From: a bacterium
GTDB lineage: Bacteria > Electryoneota > Electryoneia > Electryoneales > Electryoneaceae
Direction of reading: 5' to 3'
Assembly: GCA_963675295.2 (NCBI GenBank)
Contig: CAXXKJ010000002.1
Coordinates: 2,464,001 to 2,528,000 of the forward strand
Length of the DNA stretch: 64,000 nucleotides
Each line of letters begins with the position of its first letter. Positions within the stretch are counted from its first letter, which is position 1. The notes beneath the pieces are model-generated. The model made no database searches and was not told the origin of the DNA. It saw only the letters and a program-made list of their open reading frames with translations. Both the position numbers and the translations under genes were made by a program. Below are positions 47,703-57,672 of this stretch, piece after piece.

Positions 47703-49135
47703 TTCGCCACCTTCAGCTGCCGGTCTTCTTCATCCTGCAGCTTTTCGAGCAGCACCGTCGCCGAAGCCGCGAGTAGCATCCAGATGAAGATGAAGCGATA
47801 GTACAGCATGCCGGTGTTGAAGATGCCCACGAACATCACTCCGCTGATGGTGGAGGCGTACGTAATGCCAAGCAACTGAATCAAGCGATCGTTTGCCTTG
47901 AGATACAGCCGGAAGCTCTGGATCCAGATACCGATATAGACAGCGACCATCAGGAACACCATTGGCCAGCCGCCCTTGTAATATGCCATGCCGTACGAGA
48001 TGTCGAAATAGTAGAAGTAGTTCATGGTGTGCACCCAGTTGTTCAACTGACCGCCACCGAGCCCCAGCCATCCCTGGCTGCCGACTTCCTGGATTGCGTT
48101 TCGAAAGTCCCATACACGTGACAGGAACGATTCGTCCGTCATGCTCTGCACGTCTTCCCAGCGGGTCAACAGAACGCTAAGGTCGGCGTTCAGCAGATAG
48201 GCCGCGCCGAAGAGCAGGCCGGCAAAAAGCGCCCCGATTCCAAGGATCAGGATTAGCCACAGGGTTAACGTCCGCGGTGTGAAGCCCTTGCGGAACACAA
48301 AGAGTGTGAAATAGACAAACGCGATAATCACGGCAGCCAGCCACAACGAGCGCTGCTGCGAGAGGAAAACGTGGATCATCGTGATCAGGATCAGGCCGGC
48401 GCCGAGAAATCGGGTCCAGGTTGTCTTTCGCGTGAGGAAAAAGGTCATCGCGAGCGGCACGGTCAGCATCGTGATCTGTGGCTGCCGGTTGAGTGTACGA
48501 TTCAACACGAGGCTGAGGATGTCGGTGTAGTGAATCATGATCAACGAGGCGGTTTCGAACGCCGCGCCGATGCCCAACGCCAGCAACAACCAGTTCCAAT
48601 TCACCATGTTGCCGTGCAGCCGGAACCGTCCCCGCCAGAAGAAATAGGCGAAGAACATGCAGAGGTACGAAATCTCCCAGGTCATGAACTTCAACGGATT
48701 CCCGATCGCCATCCCGCGCAGGTAGGTGAAGGTGCACCAGGCAAGGAACAGCAGAATCAGTTTGCCGAGGAAGTCCGGTCGTGGGGGAGAGTTGTCGATC
48801 GGGTTCGGGTTGACCGTGCGGTCCGCGTAATGCAGGATCACCATCGCGGTAAACGCCGGCATGAACGTCATGATGTGATAGAAGACCGGGTAGTATTCCT
48901 GGTCACTCTGGTTCGACGTCAGCACCATGAAGGCGAGGTAACCAGCAGGTAACAGCCACGGCTTCCACGCGCCCCAGACAAAGAACACCAGCCCGGCAAT
49001 CAGCGCGAAGGCGTAGGATTGACCTCGCATGACGTGAACCGTCGTTGCCGCAGCTGCGAGCAGCAGCAACGCGATTCCGGCGGTGGTCAGAAAGGTGCGG
49101 GTGGAGTTGTCCTGAACTGTCGCCGCGTGCGTCAT
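47699..49135 (-). CDS. O-antigen ligase/polymerase (WaaL/Wzy)-like membrane protein
   Basis: About 12 TMs, LSQQRSLW, SFLSR...WLGLGGG; glycan cluster context. Confidence 0.75.
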   Translation of the reverse strand: MTHAATVQDNSTRTFLTTAGIALLLLAAAATTVHVMRGQSYAFALIAGLVFFVWGAWKPWLLPAGYLAFMVLTSNQSDQEYYPVFYHIMTFMPAFTAMVILHYADRTVNPNPIDNSPPRPDFLGKLILLFLAWCTFTYLRGMAIGNPLKFMTWEISYLCMFFAYFFWRGRFRLHGNMVNWNWLLLALGIGAAFETASLIMIHYTDILSLVLNRTLNRQPQITMLTVPLAMTFFLTRKTTWTRFLGAGLILITMIHVFLSQQRSLWLAAVIIAFVYFTLFVFRKGFTPRTLTLWLILILGIGALFAGLLFGAAYLLNADLSVLLTRWEDVQSMTDESFLSRVWDFRNAIQEVGSQGWLGLGGGQLNNWVHTMNYFYYFDISYGMAYYKGGWPMVFLMVAVYIGIWIQSFRLYLKANDRLIQLLGITYASTISGVMFVGIFNTGMLYYRFIFIWMLLAASATVLLEKLQDEEDRQLKVAK

Positions 49136-49136
49136 C

Positions 49137-50363
49137 TCAGGACGAGCCCCCCGAACGGGTCGGTTTCGCCGAACTCCAGAAGCGGCTGGGCTTCAGCAGC
49201 GTAATGGTGTCGTGGATGTAGCGGTGACGTTCCGGGTCTTCCAGCTTCAGCCGTTCCATGGACTCGTTAAACAACAGGATCGGATACAGCACGAGGAAAC
49301 TGGCGAACAACCACGCGAGCACGATGAATGCACGCCGCGGGCGGCTTTTCTTTTCTGGCACCTGGCCATGGTCGAGGATGAAAATGTTGCTGTCCTCGCG
49401 CATTTCCATGATCCGTGCCTGCTCGAACTGCGGCAGCAGAAATTCGAGGATTTGCGACTGCATCTCGACTTGACGCATGCGGCGGAGGTATTCCAGTCCC
49501 TTGGTCGGGGCGGTGTCCAGCTCGATGAAGATGTCCTGCGCTTCGTTTTCCTGGCTGCGTTCCAACTGGTTGTACTGGCGTCGCAAAGCCTCCACTTCCT
49601 GCTTCGCCTGGATCACCTGGGAGGAGGAGGATGGCAGCGTGGCGGCAGCGACCTCGTAGGCGACTTCTGCCATCGCAAGTTCGCGATAGACCGCGCTGAT
49701 CGCCTCGACCGATACACGCAGTTGGTCTTCCAACGCGAAGACGCCGCTCTCTTCCTGGAAATCTTTCAACGATTCTTCCGCCGCGGCGAGATCCTCGTAG
49801 TTTTTATCCAGCCGGCGTTCGATGAACTCGCGCTGGTTGCGAGCCTGCGCGCGGGAGATCTCTGTAAACCGGGTGCGAGCGTAGTCAACGATAAAGTTCA
49901 CCGTTTCCGCAGCCAGTTCCGGAGTTTCCTCCTCAGCGTTTACGATCAGCAGCCCGACCTCGTTGACTTCCCACCCGATCAGACCCTCATAGCGTTCGTA
50001 GGCAGCTTCCCGGTTTTTCAGCTCGTGTTTTTCCATCCAGCCGAAATGATCGATCGTCGTGTCGCGCAGCTCACGGCTGTCGAGAATCGACAGTACGAGG
50101 TTCATCTCGTCCGAATAGGTTCCGGCGACATTGAGTGCGCCCTGGGCGAGCGACGGCAACAGGCTGGAGAGTCCGAACGAATCGGACGGTGGAGGCAGCA
50201 GGCGCGCCTTGCTCATGAAATATTTCTGCGTGAGCAAGGCGTAGCTGACCGATGCAATCAGCATGATCATCAGGTACAGCACGAAAATGCGCCGGTACTT
50301 TAACAGAACCGCAACGTGATCCCAGAAGGTCATTGCGCGGTTCCGAACAGGTGACTCGTTCAT
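49137..50363 (-). CDS. Wzz/GumC-type polysaccharide chain-length determinant
   Basis: Two TMs flanking a coiled coil; ILDHGQVPEKKSRPRR; start uncertain (50333-50420). Confidence 0.85.
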   Translation of the reverse strand: MNESPVRNRAMTFWDHVAVLLKYRRIFVLYLMIMLIASVSYALLTQKYFMSKARLLPPPSDSFGLSSLLPSLAQGALNVAGTYSDEMNLVLSILDSRELRDTTIDHFGWMEKHELKNREAAYERYEGLIGWEVNEVGLLIVNAEEETPELAAETVNFIVDYARTRFTEISRAQARNQREFIERRLDKNYEDLAAAEESLKDFQEESGVFALEDQLRVSVEAISAVYRELAMAEVAYEVAAATLPSSSSQVIQAKQEVEALRRQYNQLERSQENEAQDIFIELDTAPTKGLEYLRRMRQVEMQSQILEFLLPQFEQARIMEMREDSNIFILDHGQVPEKKSRPRRAFIVLAWLFASFLVLYPILLFNESMERLKLEDPERHRYIHDTITLLKPSRFWSSAKPTRSGGSS

Positions 50364-50534
50364 GTCGGTGATCAGCTCCGAGTGAACAGGTGAGATGCGT
50401 GTCCTGGCCGTAATGGACAACCACGATGAAAGCGGAAAGTAGCTGTCAAAATGGAAGGGTGCAAGGCAGCGTCCCGTTGCGTTTTGCCAGACAAGATACC
50501 CATTGCGGTGTAGCTTGTTCCCATAAACGTGTGA

Positions 50535-52184
50535 TCAGTCCTCTACCGGTTTCATCAGCAGCTTCGGCAGAAACATCAGCAACAGAGCACCCGGAATCAG
50601 TCCGATCCACGGCGACATGCCGAGCCCGGAGGGCAGGTAGCCGAACACAATCGACACTCCCGCCGCCAGCAGGGCGTAGGGGATTTGCGTACGCACATGC
50701 TCAATGTGCTTGCAGCCGCTGGCCATCGAGGAGAGGATCGTCGTGTCGCTGATCGGGCTGCAATGGTCGCCGAATGTGGCCCCGGCGAGTACCGCGCCGA
50801 CAGTTCCGAAGAAGACTCCGTGTACCGGATCGCCCGCGTGCCCGCCAAGACTGGCCATCTCGTACGCTAACGGAATCGCGATCGGGATCAGGATCGCCAT
50901 CACGCCCCATGAGGTCCCGGTGGAAAACGCGATCAGCGCCGCGATCAGGAAGACAACCATCGGTAGCATGGATGGCGCAAGATTGCCGGAAACGAGGTCA
51001 ATAACGTATTCCGCCGTGCCGAGGCGGTCGGTAATGTCGCCCAGCGACCACGCCAGCAGCAGGATAACCATCGCCGGCATCATGGCCTTGACGCCGTCGA
51101 TCAGTGCGTCGGAGACATCGTGAACCTTGATCGTGCCGGGATAAACGGCGAGAATGGCCGCGCTGACCATGCCGAAAAATGAGGCGGCGAGCAACACCTG
51201 GGCGGAATCGGCTGCGCCGAGGATTTCGAACAGGGCCGCGTCCGTACCCGCTCCAGCGCGACCGGAGAGGTAGAGGCCGGCGAAAGTCGTGACGATCACC
51301 AGTCCCACCGGTACCAGGGCCAGCAAGACACCGTATTTGCCCGCTTCCGCGCTGTCCAACGTCTTGCCGGTGTCTTCGGCGGAAGTGTCGTTTCCTTCAA
51401 GCGCCAGCTTCTCCGTGGCCAGCATTGGGCCGAAATCTCGTTTCCACCACGCCACTGCGCCGACAAGAATCAGGGTGAAGATGCTGTACGTCGTGTACGG
51501 AATGGATTGCAGGAAAATGAGGTAGCCGTCCTGAACACTAGGCAGGTGCGCGGTCGCCTCCTCGATAAGACCGATCTCAAATCCAACCCAGGTGGAAATC
51601 ACGGCGATCGAGGCAATCGGCGCTGAGGTTGCGTCAACGATATACGCCAGCTTGGCACGGCTGATTTTCAATCGGTCGGCGTAGGGACGCATGGTGTTGC
51701 CGATCAGCAACGTATTGGCGTAGTCGTCGAAGAAGATGATCAGACCCATCAGCCAGGTGACGAGCATCCCACCGCGCCGCCCTTGGGTCATCTTCTGCAA
51801 CGCCTGGACAATCCCCGCCATGCCTCCGGATTTGGCGAGCACGCCGACCATCGCGCCGAGCATCAGGCTGAAGAGGACGATGGCGGCGTGACCGGGATCG
51901 GCCAGCGCGCTGAGGAACAGGTCGGTGGGGAGCAGCAGCAACGCATCGCCGGGCGAACCGTTTGTCAGCAGGAAGGCGCCGACCAGAATTCCCAGCAACA
52001 AGGATCCAATCACTTCACGCAGCAGGATTGCCAACCCGATGGCGATCAGGGGTGGCAGCAGGGAGGTCCAGGTGGGACCGCCGGAATCGCTGACTCCGGT
52101 CGCGGCGAGCAGTGGAGGAATCGCAACAACGCAGAGCGAGAACAGGAGCAAGGCGATAAATAGACGGCGGCTGGTGTGTACCAT
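50535..52184 (-). CDS. Na+/H+ antiporter NhaC family protein
   Basis: IFFDDYAN, AYIVDATSAP, STGTSWG, GDHCSPISDTTILSS, HVRTQ. Confidence 0.92.
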   Translation of the reverse strand: MVHTSRRLFIALLLFSLCVVAIPPLLAATGVSDSGGPTWTSLLPPLIAIGLAILLREVIGSLLLGILVGAFLLTNGSPGDALLLLPTDLFLSALADPGHAAIVLFSLMLGAMVGVLAKSGGMAGIVQALQKMTQGRRGGMLVTWLMGLIIFFDDYANTLLIGNTMRPYADRLKISRAKLAYIVDATSAPIASIAVISTWVGFEIGLIEEATAHLPSVQDGYLIFLQSIPYTTYSIFTLILVGAVAWWKRDFGPMLATEKLALEGNDTSAEDTGKTLDSAEAGKYGVLLALVPVGLVIVTTFAGLYLSGRAGAGTDAALFEILGAADSAQVLLAASFFGMVSAAILAVYPGTIKVHDVSDALIDGVKAMMPAMVILLLAWSLGDITDRLGTAEYVIDLVSGNLAPSMLPMVVFLIAALIAFSTGTSWGVMAILIPIAIPLAYEMASLGGHAGDPVHGVFFGTVGAVLAGATFGDHCSPISDTTILSSMASGCKHIEHVRTQIPYALLAAGVSIVFGYLPSGLGMSPWIGLIPGALLLMFLPKLLMKPVED

Positions 52185-52300
52185 GACGGTCGTTTTCCCT
52201 GTGTTTGCGACACTCCGGGGATCTCATGGGGTCACAAGCCGTGTTGCACGGTTTTGCGACACGGCCTATATTCCAAATCTATCCCGAAAATGGCAGGGCG

Positions 52301-54886
52301 ATGGTTCTTTTTCGGCGTGCGTCCAGTACGATCCTGGCACTTCTGATTGTTTTCATCCTGGCGACTCTTGGACCCGCATATGCGGCGTTCCCATACCTCT
52401 CTGCGCCTTCCGGCCAGGTATACGATCCGGAATATGGGTTCCTCACCGGCGCGGATACCACTCAAACCCTCTCCTTATCGGGTTCCTGGCAACTGAATGA
52501 CGGCTCGGACGAGTGGCTGGAAGTGCAGGTTCCGGGAAGCTGGCCGACAGGGCAGGGTGATGTCATTCTCCGCCGCCAGTTCAATTTGCCGCAGGACTGG
52601 GCGTTCAACCATCACCGGATCGTGTTCTGGGGTGTTCGTGCGAACGCCGCAGTAACACTCAACGGCCGCCTGTTGAAGACCAGCGAGGGTGACTGGCCAC
52701 GTGTCATCATCGACCTGCCGGCCGACCTGCTACGGTTTGACCGTCCCAACGACCTCCAGGTCGAATTGGACGATCGGCTGTCCGCCAGGGAATCCATCCC
52801 GTTGAAGCCCAAGCTGTACGATTCCCAGTCGTGGTCCGGGATCTTCGGGGATGTGCTGCTGTTGTCCGGCCCGCCGGTGACGGTGGAGGATGTGCACTGG
52901 GCGACTGAGATCAACGAGGAACGTTCCCGCGCCGACTGGACCCTCGGTGTTGACCTGCGCTTGCACGCGAGCACGGAAGAGGACAGCACCAGCACGGTCA
53001 AGCTGTCTGTCCGGGCAGAGATCCAGGCTCCGGGCGATTCCACACGCCGAGCGACCGATCCAGTTGAGATCGAACTGAACTCGCTGGAAACGCAGTCGGT
53101 GTCGTTGTCCGGAAACGTGCGCGATCTGCAATTGTGGTCCACCGCGCAACCGCGTCTGTATACGGTGTATATCGTCGTCACTCTCGGCGAATCCGAGTTC
53201 TCCGTCCCGGTGCGAACCGGCTTCCGACAGATTCGCTGGGCGGACGGGCAAGCGTACCTGAATGGCCAGGCACTGGAAATCCGTGGCATTGACTATCGTC
53301 AGGAGACGGTCGATGGTGGCGGCGCGATAAACGTGCGCCAGATCGAATCCGACCTGACACGGATCCGTAACCAGGGATTTAACCTCGTGCGGATCGTCGG
53401 CGGCGTGCCTCATCCGGCAACGTATTCTTTATGTGATCGTATCGGGCTGATGATACTGCCGGGCACGGGCCTGCGTGCTGTGCCGAACGATCTGTTTGTC
53501 GACGAGGCTTTCAACAGCCGTTTCGAAACGATGCTGCGGCGTGAGATCGAGAGTAATGATCATCACCCGAGCGTGGTGGGGTGGGAGCTGCTTGACTGGG
53601 CGGAGGCGACGCCGGAGCTGTTCGATGTCGCGGACCGCTTCCGTTCCCGATTGCTCGCTGAATCGGACGTTCCGTTGATGATCGGCTTCGCCAGCGATAT
53701 CGCCCGTGATCTGCCCGCCGGCATTGTCGGCATGCGGCATCGGGTGCCATATCGTTTTGGCGAACGCCTGACCCCGCAATCGAGTCCGCACGGCACATGG
53801 ATGGTCGCCGGGTTGGGTGCGTTGGCCAGTCCGCTGCAATTGGCGGAAGATTCGTTGCAGAGTGAAATCCGGCAGTCGGATGCGCTGGTGCGTCAGATCA
53901 ACGCCGTCCGTGAAATGCCGGTCGCTGGTTTCATCATTGACGGGTTCAACGACCGAACGGCGGCGCTTCCGTTGCTGATCGCCGGTGCGCAGCAGGATCC
54001 GGGTGTGATCCGGCGCGGTCTGGTCACCGAACAGCGGGAAGAACGGATTGCGTGGCAACGTGTCGGCGACCTGCTCGGCCAGGTGCGTATCGATGTTCCG
54101 GTGGTGGACGTCAGCACCAGCCAGTTCCCGGTCGAATTCCCGATTGCGACGTTGATCGTCGGCGGCTTGCTGTTGCTGGTGATGCGCCAGAACAACGTGT
54201 TCCGCCACAATTTGCGCCGGGTTTTCGCGCACACCCACGGCTTCTTCGTCGATATCGTCGAACGCCGCTACTTCCAGGGTGGGCAAACGTTCTTCATCGC
54301 GATCATCTTCGCTGCCGGGCAGGCGGTGCTGCTGGCATCGCTGTTGAACCACTCCCGGTTTGAATTCGGGTTGGACTACCTGTTTACGCTGCTGTTCCCA
54401 TTCCCGCAGGCAAAAGCGCTGATGGTGTACGGTGCGTGGCATCCGGTTCACGCGGTGTTGGCATTTACCGCGATCATACTGGTGTTGTGGCTGCTGGGGG
54501 CGTTTCTGTTGCGGATTCTGTCGATACCGTTCCCGGGGCAGTTCCGGTTGCGGCATTCGATTGCGCTGACCTTCTGGTCAGCGACTTGCTTCTTCCCGTT
54601 GATTCCGCTGGGCCTGTTTTTCTACCGGCTGCTCGATTTTCCGTGGTTTCAATGGGTGCAGATTCTTCTCTTTGTCACCTTCTGGTACTGGTTCCTGACA
54701 CGGATGGTGAGTGTGATCCGTGTTGGTTTCCGTGCCAGTTCACGTACAGCCTGGTTGTTAATACTCATCCTGATTGCGATTGGCGCGGGCACGATCACCA
54801 CGGTGTACCGTGGCGGCTTCGCGATCACCGACTACGTTCGTTACTACTCCGACGTTATCCTGCCCTGGCTATCGGGGCAAGCGTAA
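52301..54886 (+). CDS. GH2-like (beta-galactosidase/glucuronidase fold) ectodomain fused to a multi-TM C-terminus
   Basis: SLSGSWQ, VPGSW, WSTAQPRLY, GFRQI, YLNG, GFNLVR, CDRIGL, HHPSVVGW; then about 6-7 TMs. Confidence 0.8.
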   Translation: MVLFRRASSTILALLIVFILATLGPAYAAFPYLSAPSGQVYDPEYGFLTGADTTQTLSLSGSWQLNDGSDEWLEVQVPGSWPTGQGDVILRRQFNLPQDWAFNHHRIVFWGVRANAAVTLNGRLLKTSEGDWPRVIIDLPADLLRFDRPNDLQVELDDRLSARESIPLKPKLYDSQSWSGIFGDVLLLSGPPVTVEDVHWATEINEERSRADWTLGVDLRLHASTEEDSTSTVKLSVRAEIQAPGDSTRRATDPVEIELNSLETQSVSLSGNVRDLQLWSTAQPRLYTVYIVVTLGESEFSVPVRTGFRQIRWADGQAYLNGQALEIRGIDYRQETVDGGGAINVRQIESDLTRIRNQGFNLVRIVGGVPHPATYSLCDRIGLMILPGTGLRAVPNDLFVDEAFNSRFETMLRREIESNDHHPSVVGWELLDWAEATPELFDVADRFRSRLLAESDVPLMIGFASDIARDLPAGIVGMRHRVPYRFGERLTPQSSPHGTWMVAGLGALASPLQLAEDSLQSEIRQSDALVRQINAVREMPVAGFIIDGFNDRTAALPLLIAGAQQDPGVIRRGLVTEQREERIAWQRVGDLLGQVRIDVPVVDVSTSQFPVEFPIATLIVGGLLLLVMRQNNVFRHNLRRVFAHTHGFFVDIVERRYFQGGQTFFIAIIFAAGQAVLLASLLNHSRFEFGLDYLFTLLFPFPQAKALMVYGAWHPVHAVLAFTAIILVLWLLGAFLLRILSIPFPGQFRLRHSIALTFWSATCFFPLIPLGLFFYRLLDFPWFQWVQILLFVTFWYWFLTRMVSVIRVGFRASSRTAWLLILILIAIGAGTITTVYRGGFAITDYVRYYSDVILPWLSGQA

Positions 54887-56359
<1,473 letters not shown>

Positions 56360-56362
56360 GGT

Positions 56363-56411
56363 GATAAGCGGTTGTCGGTACTCGGTAATCGGTTTTTGGT
56401 AACTGAATACT
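56363..56411. repeat. Heptamer tandem array after the guaB stop
   Basis: gataagc ggttgtc ggtactc ggtaatc ggttttt ggtaact gaatact. Confidence 0.7.
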
Positions 56412-56450
56412 GCGACCGACAGTCCAGGTGTGGTGATCGAGGATCGATTA

Positions 56451-56476
56451 TTACCACGGACTAAAGTCCGTGGTAA
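56451..56476. repeat. REP-like perfect hairpin
   Basis: ttaccacggact-aa-agtccgtggtaa, 12-bp stem with no U-tract. Confidence 0.7.
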
Positions 56477-56518
56477 GCTTAGTGGCGCTAAGGCAGGGAC
56501 GACCGAAGCCACAACGAG

Positions 56519-56542
56519 AAAAAGGGAACCGTGGGGTTCCCT
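56519..56542 (-). terminator. rpsT terminator
   Basis: agggaacc-gtgg-ggttccct with a minus-strand U tract. Confidence 0.75.
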
Positions 56543-56578
56543 GAATTGCAGGACAACAGGCTGTTCAAGCTTGAGGGC

Positions 56579-56839
56579 TTAGGCAGCACTCATCGACTTG
56601 ACCAGCTTCGTCAGACGCGACTTCTTGTCGGCCGCACGCTTTTTGTGGATAATGCCCTTACCGGCGACACGGTCAAGAACCTTGCTGGCATCACGCAATG
56701 CCTGCTGCGCAGCTTCGGGGTCCTGAGCTTCGCGCACCTTGCGGATGGCGACACGCATCTTGGTCCGGTAGGCACGGTTACGAGCGTTCTGACGGGCGGA
56801 AGTCCGCATCCGTTTTTCACATGACTTATGCTGTGGCAT
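56579..56839 (-). CDS. rpsT: 30S ribosomal protein S20
   Basis: MPQHKSCEKRMR...KGIIHKKRAADKKSRL. Confidence 0.95.
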   Translation of the reverse strand: MPQHKSCEKRMRTSARQNARNRAYRTKMRVAIRKVREAQDPEAAQQALRDASKVLDRVAGKGIIHKKRAADKKSRLTKLVKSMSAA

Positions 56840-56895
56840 TCTACTTCCTGTACGATGAATCTCGTTTCAACTGTAGCGGGGGAATATACAAGACC

Positions 56896-57672
56896 ATGTC
56901 CGACCAGACAAGAGACACCTACGAGCAGCTCGCTCTGCGTCTCGCCGCCGCGAAACGGGTATGTGTGCTCACCGGCGCCGGCGTGTCACGCGAAAGCGGT
57001 GTGCCGACATTCCGGGAAGCGGACGGTCTCTGGAACAAGTATCGCCCCGAAGAACTGGCGAATGTAGACGCTTTTTTGCGGAATCCCGAGCTGGTCTGGG
57101 AATGGTACTCCTGGAGACGAGAGCTGATCGGCGAGGTCGGTCCGAACCCCGGCCACTATGCCCTCGCGGAAATCGAGAAGTTGGTACCGCATTTCGTGTT
57201 GGCGACGCAGAATGTGGACAATCTGCACCGTGAAGCGGGCAGTGTGAATGTCGTCGAGTTGCACGGCAACATCATGCGCAACAAGTGCCAGAAGTGTGGT
57301 GTGGTGTTCAAAGAGGGAGATCCGGAGAACGAATTTGTCTTCGAAAAAGGAACTCTCCCGGTTTGCAGGTGTGGAAAGAAAGGGCTGCTCCGTCCGGACA
57401 TTGTCTGGTTCGGTGAGATGTTGCCGGAGGAAGCGATTCAGCGGGCTTGGGAAGAGGCCGGGCAGGCTGACGTTTTCCTCAGTGTGGGGACCTCGACGGT
57501 TGTGTACCCCGCTGCGGCTCTCCCGTTTACCGCGAAGCAGGCCGGAGCGTATCTTGTTGAAATCAATCCGAACCCGACTGAGTTGACGCCGCTGGCCGAT
57601 CTTGTCTTTGCTGAACCGTCCGGCGAGGCGTTGCCGAAAGTGGTCGCTAAACTGCGTGAACTGCAGGCATGA
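56896..57672 (+). CDS. cobB: NAD-dependent protein deacylase (class III sirtuin)
   Basis: TGAGVSRESGVPTFR, WYSWR (YxxR), TQNVDNLH, ELHG, RPDIVWFGE. Confidence 0.93.
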   Translation: MSDQTRDTYEQLALRLAAAKRVCVLTGAGVSRESGVPTFREADGLWNKYRPEELANVDAFLRNPELVWEWYSWRRELIGEVGPNPGHYALAEIEKLVPHFVLATQNVDNLHREAGSVNVVELHGNIMRNKCQKCGVVFKEGDPENEFVFEKGTLPVCRCGKKGLLRPDIVWFGEMLPEEAIQRAWEEAGQADVFLSVGTSTVVYPAAALPFTAKQAGAYLVEINPNPTELTPLADLVFAEPSGEALPKVVAKLRELQA

